Assembly (NCBI GenBank): GCA_034185265.1
Contig: JAXFZD010000017.1
Span: 5,757-69,756, forward strand
DNA length: 64,000 nucleotides
Source of the DNA: Bacilli bacterium
GTDB taxonomy: Bacteria; Bacillota_I; Bacilli_A; RFN20; CAG-826
Direction: 5' to 3'
Below are positions 18,971 to 25,898 of the stretch, piece by piece; the first letter of the stretch is position 1; each line of letters opens with the position of its first letter. The notes under the pieces are model-generated. The model searched no databases and was not told the DNA's origin. It saw nothing but the letters and a program-made list of their open reading frames with translations. The position numbers and the translations under genes were made by a program.

Positions 18971-19857
18971 AAGAACTCGAAATACATGAAGCTTTAGACA
19001 ACTATGTTGATTATCTTTATTCTTCTAAAGGACTAACAAAAAACTCCGTTAAAGCTTATGAAGATGATATCAAACGTTTTTTAGCTTATTTTCCTGATAA
19101 AAAGCTAACAAATCAGCTTAGCGACTATGATTTAGAAGACTTTGCGAATCTTTCTGCTGAAGATGGACTTTCTCCTTCAACGATTTCTAGACGACTTTCT
19201 TCTTTATATAACTTCTTCGTTTATCTTTCTAATCATGAATTAATGGAATTTTCTAAAGAAAAGATAGATAGACCGTCACTTCCTGAAAGATTTCCTTCTA
19301 TTTTAACCGTTGAAGAAGTTGAAGATCTTCTAAATGCACCAAACATTGAAAAAGAAAGCGGACAAAGAGATAAAGCAATGTTAGAAATTATGTATTGTTC
19401 AGGTTTAAGAGTCTCAGAACTAGTTGCTTTAAAAATGAGAGACGTCCATTTTGATAAACAAATAATTTCTATTAAGGAAGGAAAAGGAAGGAAAGATCGA
19501 AATATTCCTGTTTCTAAATTTGCTTTAGATTATCTAGAGCAATATATTCAAGGATATAGACGCTCAAATAAAGGAAAGAATTCTCCTTATATTTTCTTAA
19601 ATAGAGATGGCAAACCTGTCTCAAGAAATTATTTCTTTAAGCAAGTTAAAAAATATGCTGCCGAAGCAAATATAAATAAAAGCATTTCTCCTCATACATT
19701 AAGACACTGCTTTGCAACTCATCTAATAGAAAACGGTGCTGATTTACTTTTAGTTTCTAGAATGCTTGGACATTCTTCTTTAGAAACTACTCAAATTTAT
19801 ACTCATTTATCCTCTCAAAGAATTCTTCAAGCTTACGATAAATTCTCTAAAAAATAA
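18967..19857 (+). CDS. xerD: Tyrosine site-specific recombinase XerD
   Basis: 296 aa. Catalytic motifs HTLRHCFATHL and LGHSSLETTQIYTHL are present. It lies directly upstream of deoB, like Bacillus ripX-drm. Confidence 0.85.
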   Translation: MKELEIHEALDNYVDYLYSSKGLTKNSVKAYEDDIKRFLAYFPDKKLTNQLSDYDLEDFANLSAEDGLSPSTISRRLSSLYNFFVYLSNHELMEFSKEKIDRPSLPERFPSILTVEEVEDLLNAPNIEKESGQRDKAMLEIMYCSGLRVSELVALKMRDVHFDKQIISIKEGKGRKDRNIPVSKFALDYLEQYIQGYRRSNKGKNSPYIFLNRDGKPVSRNYFFKQVKKYAAEANINKSISPHTLRHCFATHLIENGADLLLVSRMLGHSSLETTQIYTHLSSQRILQAYDKFSKK

Positions 19858-19871
19858 GTATCATTAAACAA

Positions 19872-19892
19872 ACATTATTTATTAAATAATGT
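19872..19892. promoter_or_regulatory. Perfect 10+1+10 palindrome ACATTATTTA-T-TAAATAATGT abutting the deoB -10 (TATAAT 19892-19897)
   Basis: Read directly from the sequence. A GAGG SD and ATG 19922 follow. Confidence 0.4.
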
Positions 19893-19921
19893 ATAATAAA
19901 AGCATCTTTGAGGTAATAACT

Positions 19922-21127
19922 ATGTCAAATTACAAATTTAACCGCGTTTTCTTGATTATATTAGATAGTGCTGGAGTTGGAGAAGAACCTGATGCAGCGC
20001 TTTTTGATGATGTAGGAACAAATACTTTTGCTCACGCAGCTGAATCTATTAATGGACTTAACGTTCCTTATATGGAATCTATGGGTTTAGGTGAACTAGA
20101 TGATATCATGGGAGTAAAAGTAGTTAAAGATCATCCTCATAGTTTTTCTCTTAGACTCAGAGAAACTTCTCTAGGAAAAGATACAATGACTGGTCACTGG
20201 GAAATGATGGGCATAAATACTAAAAAACCTTTCCAAACATTCACAGATACAGGATTCCCACAAGAACTGATCGATAAATTAGAGAAACTTATGGGACATA
20301 GGATAATCGGAAATATCTCAGCTAGTGGAACTGAAATTATTAAGCAACTTGGCGAAGAAAGTATGAGAGATAATTCTTTAATTGTTTATACTTCTTCAGA
20401 TTCTGTTCTTCAAATCGCTGCTAATGAAGATGTTTTAGGACTAAATGAACTTTATAGATGCTGTGAAATTGCTAGAGAAGTTTGCATGGAACCTAAATAT
20501 TTTGTAGGCAGAGTTATCGCTAGACCCTTTAGAGGAACAAACGCGTCTAACTTTGTTAGAGATGGCGCTGCTAGACATGATTACACAGTTTCTCCAACAG
20601 CTCTTACAGCTTTAGAAATCTTAAAAGATAATGGGTTAGAAGTCTCTGGGGTAGGGAAAATTAATGATATCTTTAACGGAGTAGGAATTACGAGAACAAT
20701 TCATACAGCTAAAAATGTAGAGGGTATGGATGAAACTATCCGTCAAGTTAAAGAAGAAGATTATAAAGGATTATGCTTTATTAATTTAGTAGAATTCGAT
20801 TCTGAATATGGACATAGAAGAAATCCTGTAGGGTATGCAAGAGCTTTAGAAGAATTTGATGAAAAGCTTGGAGAACTTCTAAAAGTAATTAAAGATGATG
20901 ATTTAATTATGATTAGTGCAGATCATGGAAACGATCCAATATATAAAGGAACAGACCATACAAGAGAAAAAGTCCCGCTACTTATCTATTCTAAATCAAT
21001 AACAAACGGAAAATATCTAGAAGAGAGACCAACTTTTGCCGATATAGGGGCAACTATATTAAAGAATTTCCATTTAGACCATTCTTCTTTAGATTTAGGC
21101 TCTCCTATAGAAGAAGTTCTCTCTTAA
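19922..21127 (+). CDS. deoB: Phosphopentomutase
   Basis: Motifs FLIILDSAGVGEEPDA and SADHGNDP are present. The start is set at ATG 19922, behind GAGG. The ORF-track start at 19889 lies inside the promoter palindrome. Confidence 0.9.
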   Translation: MSNYKFNRVFLIILDSAGVGEEPDAALFDDVGTNTFAHAAESINGLNVPYMESMGLGELDDIMGVKVVKDHPHSFSLRLRETSLGKDTMTGHWEMMGINTKKPFQTFTDTGFPQELIDKLEKLMGHRIIGNISASGTEIIKQLGEESMRDNSLIVYTSSDSVLQIAANEDVLGLNELYRCCEIAREVCMEPKYFVGRVIARPFRGTNASNFVRDGAARHDYTVSPTALTALEILKDNGLEVSGVGKINDIFNGVGITRTIHTAKNVEGMDETIRQVKEEDYKGLCFINLVEFDSEYGHRRNPVGYARALEEFDEKLGELLKVIKDDDLIMISADHGNDPIYKGTDHTREKVPLLIYSKSITNGKYLEERPTFADIGATILKNFHLDHSSLDLGSPIEEVLS

Positions 21128-21897
21128 ATAAATCTATAAATTATTTTCTTTGCTAGATAAGCTAGCGCAGAAATAACTAAAACAATAATTACACAAATTA
21201 CAGCGATAGCAAATATAACCGCTAGGTTTCCTGGATCGGTGTTTCTTACTGCGCTTATCATGCATCCTAGACCATCACCAGTATTTCCTGAAATTATTTC
21301 AGCCATAATCTCAGTTTTTAGCGATAAAGCAAAAGAAGAAAGCAATCCTATTCCTATATAAGGAAGAGATAAAGGAAGTCTAATTCTAAATAAAATATCT
21401 AGATATGAGGCTCCGTCTACTTTAGAAGCATCTAGAACTTCTTTTTCTGTTGAACCAATTCCAGCAGAAATCGCTTCATATAAAATAGGCGTTGCAAGCA
21501 ATACAACTATATAAATTGGAGCGTATTTTACTTTAGATAAAGCAATAATAAAGAAAACTAAAGTCGCTGTAGGAATTGATTTTAATACGCTCATTAAAGG
21601 AATTAGGAATTTATAGATAAATTTAATTGATCCAGCAAATAATCCTAAAACTAGGGCTATAGCAAAAGAAATTATAAATCCTAAAAAAGTTCTATATAAA
21701 GTCATCCCTAAGCTTGCGTAGAAATATTTTGAATTAAGAGTATTTCCCATCTCAAAAAAAGTTTCATTTATCGAAGGGAAAACTAAATTACCTTTTCCAA
21801 TCGAAGCTGAAAAGATGTACCAAAGAACAAATATAAATATTATTCCTAAGGCAATAGGGGTTCCGTTATTAATAATAAATTTCTTCACTAGTTGCAC
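21124..21897 (-). CDS. ABC importer permease, NitT/TauT (TauC/SsuC-like) family
   Basis: 257 aa, about 6 TM. The EAA-type loop LDASKVDGASYLDILFRIRLPLSLPYI is present. Confidence 0.8.
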   Translation of the reverse strand: MQLVKKFIINNGTPIALGIIFIFVLWYIFSASIGKGNLVFPSINETFFEMGNTLNSKYFYASLGMTLYRTFLGFIISFAIALVLGLFAGSIKFIYKFLIPLMSVLKSIPTATLVFFIIALSKVKYAPIYIVVLLATPILYEAISAGIGSTEKEVLDASKVDGASYLDILFRIRLPLSLPYIGIGLLSSFALSLKTEIMAEIISGNTGDGLGCMISAVRNTDPGNLAVIFAIAVICVIIVLVISALAYLAKKIIYRFI

Positions 21898-23038
21898 TAA
21901 ATCCTATTGTTTCTAAGAAAGAATCGACTGATTCTTTATTTTCTTTAGCATTTTTAAATCCTAAACCTAAAGAATTTTCTTTTAAGACTGTTTTAAGTAA
22001 TTCTTTATTCGCTCCAAGTTTAGCTGCAACTTGAAGATCCTCATAAGAAGTGAATATTTCATCGATAATTAATGGATTATCTAAAAGATAATTTACTTCA
22101 AATTCTAAGGTAGAAAGGAATTTATCCGCTTTTTCTTTTTCTAAATCTTTATGAACAAAGACAGAAGCTTGAGTAATCATCTTACCGCCACTTTTTGTTT
22201 TATATAATTCTTGGATATTCCCGACTACTTTGGCGTTTTTGTTTTTACTTAGAGCATTAGATAACGCTGGTTCAGCGACTAAAACATAATCTAGAGGAGC
22301 ATTATCTTCGTCAAGTTCATCATAACCTAAGATTAGATTTCTAGCCGCATTAGAATTATCTCCGCCGTAATAAATATTTGTAAAATTCATCTCTGAATAG
22401 ACATAACTAAATAATTTAGCTGGTATATCAGTTGCTGTTTGGAAGATAAATATTGGGTCATCAGCGTCTAAAGTATCGTTTTCATCGTTTCCTGTAGAAA
22501 CTAAATAGAAATTACCAAAAGTTAAGATTGCAGCTAGCTTATATGAAACATTTTTCTTGGAAATTAAGTTACATCCAGCATTGGTTGGAGCGATAACCAC
22601 ATCTTTATTTCCAGCTAAAAGCCAGGCTTGAACGTTAGTTGGATCGTTAACTTCAACATTATCTTCAAAAACGTGATTATATAAGCCTACCGCTGGAGCT
22701 CCTTTAGGAGAAGCTACAGTAACTTCGAGGTTTTCTTTTGGTAAAGAAGATCCTTCAGTAGAAGAAAGTTTTTCACTAGATTCTTCTATAGATAATTCAG
22801 TTTCGTGAGTTTCAGATTCTTCTTCAGTCTCAGAAATAGCTGATTTAGTCTCGGATTCTTCAGTTTCTGAAACTTCAGGTTCGGATTCAGAAGATTCAAA
22901 AGATTCTGAAATAACTAAAGATTCGCTAGAAACAGAGGATTCTACTGATGAACTAGTCGAAGAAGACTTTTTCTGAGAGCAAGAAGCAAGTAAAGCAATT
23001 GAGCTTAAGATTAATAAGTATGAGTTAATTTTTTTCAT
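21869..23038 (-). CDS. Lipoprotein, ABC-transporter substrate-binding protein (TauA/NMT1-like) with a Ser/Glu-rich linker
   Basis: Start at ATG 23038 (MKKINSYLL...), behind AAAGGAA. Lipobox LLASC is present. A roughly 70-aa S/E/T low-complexity tether follows. The gene overlaps the permease gene by 29 nt. Confidence 0.6.
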   Translation of the reverse strand: MKKINSYLLILSSIALLASCSQKKSSSTSSSVESSVSSESLVISESFESSESEPEVSETEESETKSAISETEEESETHETELSIEESSEKLSSTEGSSLPKENLEVTVASPKGAPAVGLYNHVFEDNVEVNDPTNVQAWLLAGNKDVVIAPTNAGCNLISKKNVSYKLAAILTFGNFYLVSTGNDENDTLDADDPIFIFQTATDIPAKLFSYVYSEMNFTNIYYGGDNSNAARNLILGYDELDEDNAPLDYVLVAEPALSNALSKNKNAKVVGNIQELYKTKSGGKMITQASVFVHKDLEKEKADKFLSTLEFEVNYLLDNPLIIDEIFTSYEDLQVAAKLGANKELLKTVLKENSLGLGFKNAKENKESVDSFLETIGFSATSEEIYY

Positions 23039-23096
23039 AAAATAGGTTCCTTTAATTTTGCACAAAAGATTTTATATCTTTTAATTAATATAAATC

Positions 23097-23110
23097 GTGA
23101 TTATAATCAC
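23097..23110. promoter_or_regulatory. CRP/FNR-type palindrome GTGATTATAATCAC (cGTGA-N6-TCACa) containing a TATAAT -10
   Basis: Perfect 14-bp palindrome. TATAAT at 23102-23107 lies exactly 6 nt before ATG 23114 of the Crp/Fnr-family gene, and the box lies 59 nt upstream of the divergent lipoprotein gene. Confidence 0.5.
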
Positions 23111-23113
23111 ACT

Positions 23114-23698
23114 ATGAAAAATATTTTAAATACCTTAAACATTGAAGATCTAAATAACTTCAAATTAGTTAAATTGGAAAAAGAAGGAATCTTATTTAGA
23201 GAGAATGATGTATGCATGCATGTAGGAATAATAAAAACAGGGGAAGTTAAGATTTCATCGTACTCTTTTGATGGAAATGAGATTGTTTATAACAACATAA
23301 AAGTCGGTGAAATGTTTGGAAATAATCTCTTATTTTCACTTAATCCTATTTATAGAGGAAATATAATTGGAAGTAAAACAAGTGAAATATATTTAATAGA
23401 TAAGACATCTTTATTAGATTTGCTTTCATCAAATAAAGAATTTCTTGAGTCTTTTTTAGAATATGAAGCTAATTTAGGGTTATCTCTAAATTCTAAGATC
23501 AAATATCTTTCTTTTAATAAGATAGAAGAAAGATTTTTATATTATTTATTCCTTCATGAGAATGAAATAACTTATAAATCAGTAAAATCTCTAGCAGAAG
23601 AGCTCAACGTTCAAAGAGAAAGTCTTTCAAGAATGCTTACAAAGCTAGAAAAAGATAAAATAATAAAACGAGAAGAACATAAAATTATCAAGTTATGA
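23114..23698 (+). CDS. Crp/Fnr-family transcriptional regulator (cNMP-binding domain + C-terminal HTH)
   Basis: 194 aa. The N-terminal region looks like a beta-roll. The HTH SLAEELNVQRESLSRMLTKLEKDKII is present. Confidence 0.75.
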   Translation: MKNILNTLNIEDLNNFKLVKLEKEGILFRENDVCMHVGIIKTGEVKISSYSFDGNEIVYNNIKVGEMFGNNLLFSLNPIYRGNIIGSKTSEIYLIDKTSLLDLLSSNKEFLESFLEYEANLGLSLNSKIKYLSFNKIEERFLYYLFLHENEITYKSVKSLAEELNVQRESLSRMLTKLEKDKIIKREEHKIIKL

Positions 23699-23981
23699 TT
23701 TTGTCAATGAAAAACCTATTTTGCCTTTATATATAAAATAGTTTATAGGAAATATTATATTCTTTCAGCCATCATTTCTTAGGTTCTAAAACTTTAATTA
23801 TTTTGTTTGATGAAAATAAAATTAAAGCAATTGATTAAAAATAAAATTGACCAGATTGTTTGATCTTTATTTTTAATCTTATCTAAAGTTTCAATGTGCA
23901 AAATTATCAATACATTTTTATATAAACTGACAAAAAATAATGAGTAATCCTTTTTTGAATAACTAAGAGGGTATATTTATA

Positions 23982-24017
23982 TTAGTAGAAAATTAGTAGT
24001 TTTATAAATTTACTAAT
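23982..24017 (+). repeat. TTAGTAG-AAAA-TTAGTAG tandem plus an inverted TTACTAA copy
   Basis: Direct repeats at 23982-23988 and 23993-23999. AATTAGTA (23991-23998) can pair with TACTAATT (24011-24018). Confidence 0.45.
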
Positions 24018-24126
24018 TCTGTGGATAAGTTTGACTTTTCCTAAAGATTGTTTGAATCATATATAAAATTATATATCTTATGTGTATATTAAATTCTTCA
24101 GTATTCATCGAGAGAATTTTATATTT

Positions 24127-24154
24127 TGTTAACATAATAACTATTATGCGAAGT
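24127..24154 (-). other. dif: Candidate chromosome dimer resolution site dif (XerC arm - 6 bp spacer - XerD arm)
   Basis: The minus strand reads ACTTCGCATAA-TAGTTA-TTATGTTAACA. It lies in the non-coding gap where gene orientation switches, 4.3 kb from xerD. Confidence 0.6.
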
Positions 24155-24182
24155 TATAAAAGAAAACAAAATATTCATGAGA

Positions 24183-24222
24183 AAAAAGCAAAATAAAACC
24201 ACCGCTACTGCTCTTCGGTGGT
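24183..24222 (-). terminator. Rho-independent terminator after rsfS
   Basis: ACCACCG (24198-24204) pairs with CGGTGGT (24216-24222). On the minus strand this is followed by TTTTATTTTGCTTTTTT. Confidence 0.7.
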
Positions 24223-24236
24223 CTTTATAGTCAAAT

Positions 24237-24581
24237 TTACTTTAATAAATTGACATATTTTGTTATAAGTTCTTCTAGGTTAATTTCTCTTCTATTTGCT
24301 GCTAAGAATAAGTGAACTAGGACATCTTCAACCTGAACGATAACCCAACCTGAATTTGCGTTTCCTTGTCTTAAAGAGACATGTAAATTTTCCTTTTCAA
24401 GCTCTTCTTCTAAGATATCAGGAATCGCATCTAGAGATGTTACGTTTATACAAGTTGCTAGAACGTAATAAGAGGCGAATGGAGACATCTTTGAAACGTC
24501 AATCAAAGATACATCCTCTACTTTATGATCTTCTAATACCTGTTTAATTAGTTCAGCTTCTTTTTTTGCAACATTAACCAT
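24237..24581 (-). CDS. rsfS: Ribosomal silencing factor RsfS
   Basis: 114 aa. It is the last gene of the conserved yqeG-yqeH-yhbY-nadD-yqeK-rsfS cluster. Confidence 0.85.
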   Translation of the reverse strand: MVNVAKKEAELIKQVLEDHKVEDVSLIDVSKMSPFASYYVLATCINVTSLDAIPDILEEELEKENLHVSLRQGNANSGWVIVQVEDVLVHLFLAANRREINLEELITKYVNLLK

Positions 24582-25597
24582 TAAATTTTCTCCTTTAAAT
24601 AATATTCAAAAAAATCTTTAGATAATTTATTATCAATTGAAAAACCTTTTTCTAATAAAAACTTCTTAACTTCATAGACTACGAGTTTCCATCCAGACTT
24701 AAAATCTTTTAAGCATGCATTAATCATCTCAGAAGAATCATAATCTCTAGTAGGTTCAATTTTATCTGAAGCATAAATAATCTTACCTAATAAAGACATT
24801 CTAGCTTTACCTGTAGAATGATATTTAATCCCCGCTTCTAGAGTTTTATCTAGTTTAAAATATTTTCTAGCAATATCTATAGCTAAAAATTGATGATAAG
24901 TCCAGGAAGGAAAGTCTAAATATTCAGGATGAAGTTCTCTCATTAATCTATAAGCTTCTTCCTTAGGAAGAGACTTCGCAATATCGTGAATTATCCCTGC
25001 TTTATATGCTACTAAAGGATAATAATATCCGTTAGAAAGTGTAATTTCCGCAGCTAAATGAGCTACAGAAAGAGAATGAGAATATCTATGAGGAGTTAAT
25101 TTTTTAGCGATTTTCTCTAAGAAATAAAGCTTATTCTCTTCTAAATAAGTAATTTCTTTGGAAGATAAAAGATAGAGTTTTTCTAATCTATTTATATAAG
25201 AAGTTATTTCTTTTAAGTCAACTCTTTCAAAAGGAAGAGTTAATTTATTTGTTTCTTCTTCATTTTTAAATGGTTTTAAATAAATAAATCCTTTAAAAAT
25301 AGGTCTTTTATAATCTATAAATGCTCCAATAAAATATTTATTCTCATAGATAGATAAATCTTCTTTAGAGAAATCTTCTTCAAATACTATTCTATAAGAA
25401 TCTTCTTTAATCTCATATTCATCTAGGAAAATCTTAATTAAATTCTTTCTATGCTCTTTAGATACATATCCGTCTTTAGATATAACAAAATAAACTAACG
25501 AATCTTTTAACGAAGAAAGATAGCTAAAAACATTAAACTGATTTTCGTTAAATGGATCAAAACTAGAATAATATAAATATAAATTCTTATGATTCAT
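24581..25597 (-). CDS. yqeK: Fusion of a degenerate NadD-like nucleotidyltransferase domain with a YqeK HD-domain hydrolase
   Basis: 338 aa. The N-terminus YYSSFDPFNENQ aligns to the NadD GGTFDPxHxGH motif but lacks the H-x-G-H. The C-terminal half carries the HD motifs HRYSHSLSVAHLAAE and GIIHDIAK. Confidence 0.7.
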   Translation of the reverse strand: MNHKNLYLYYSSFDPFNENQFNVFSYLSSLKDSLVYFVISKDGYVSKEHRKNLIKIFLDEYEIKEDSYRIVFEEDFSKEDLSIYENKYFIGAFIDYKRPIFKGFIYLKPFKNEEETNKLTLPFERVDLKEITSYINRLEKLYLLSSKEITYLEENKLYFLEKIAKKLTPHRYSHSLSVAHLAAEITLSNGYYYPLVAYKAGIIHDIAKSLPKEEAYRLMRELHPEYLDFPSWTYHQFLAIDIARKYFKLDKTLEAGIKYHSTGKARMSLLGKIIYASDKIEPTRDYDSSEMINACLKDFKSGWKLVVYEVKKFLLEKGFSIDNKLSKDFFEYYLKEKI

Positions 25598-25598
25598 C

Positions 25599-25895
25599 TT
25601 AATCTCTAGGTAGCACTATTCGAGGATTTTTCTCATTTCTTCTATATAAAAGAATTGTATGCCCAACTCTACTAACTATTTCTGCATTAAGTTTATTAGC
25701 TATATCTAAAGAAACTTCTTTAACTTCATCTATAGAAGCACTAAGAAGATTAACTTTAATTAATTCATTCGCTCTAATACCTTTATCTAGAAGTTCTATG
25801 AAATTTTCATGAACTCCATTTTTCCCTATGCTATAGCGAGAAGTAATCGTATTTCCTAATCTTTTAAGATACTTAACTTGATTTTTACTTAGCAT
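25599..25895 (-). CDS. yhbY: CRM-domain RNA-binding protein YhbY/YqeI
   Basis: 98 aa. Motif IGKNGVHENFIELLDKGIRANELIKV is present, and the synteny fits. Confidence 0.8.
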   Translation of the reverse strand: MLSKNQVKYLKRLGNTITSRYSIGKNGVHENFIELLDKGIRANELIKVNLLSASIDEVKEVSLDIANKLNAEIVSRVGHTILLYRRNEKNPRIVLPRD

Positions 25896-25898
25896 ATA

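Noticed and set aside
18967-19857. Tyrosine recombinase as a phage or ICE integrase marking a mobile element.
   Set aside because: It has the size and motifs of XerD. It is translationally coupled to dinB and sits directly upstream of deoB, as in Bacillus ripX-drm. There are no phage, conjugation or att-like features around it.
19889-19921. N-terminal extensions proposed by the ORF track: deoB 19889, lipoprotein 23065, glyQS 47468, mtaB 53842 (TTG), hisS 8233 (TTG), nusB 13954 (TTG), cshB-like 41159 (TTG).
   Set aside because: In most of these cases (nusB and the cshB-like gene excepted) a downstream ATG has a better-placed SD. In every case it gives the conserved N-terminus of the family. 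The extensions run through promoter, operator or signal-peptide-upstream sequence.
24020-24028. Perfect DnaA box (TGTGGATAA, the reverse complement of TTATCCACA) in the long AT-rich gap. Could this gap be oriC?
   Set aside because: It is a single copy, and I found only weak 2-mismatch relatives nearby. No dnaA or dnaN is in the window. The flanking genes converge on the gap rather than diverging from it, and a dif-like site lies 100 bp away. One 9-mer hit in 128 kb of two-strand sequence is compatible with chance.
24010-24035. Bacillus-type RTP/Ter replication terminator site, suggested by ACTAAT in tttACTAATtctgtgg.
   Set aside because: Beyond ACTAA, the sequence does not fit the Ter consensus as I recall it (KMACTAANWNNWCTATGTACYAAAT). 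RTP is also restricted to close Bacillus relatives.
24146-24196. 16-codon mini-ORF (MRSYKRKQNIHEKKAK) preceded by a CATAAT box and followed by a hairpin.
   Set aside because: Its ATG is part of the TTATGCG XerC arm of the dif candidate. The hairpin is better explained as the minus-strand terminator of rsfS, which has its T run on that strand. There is no SD and I recognise no family.
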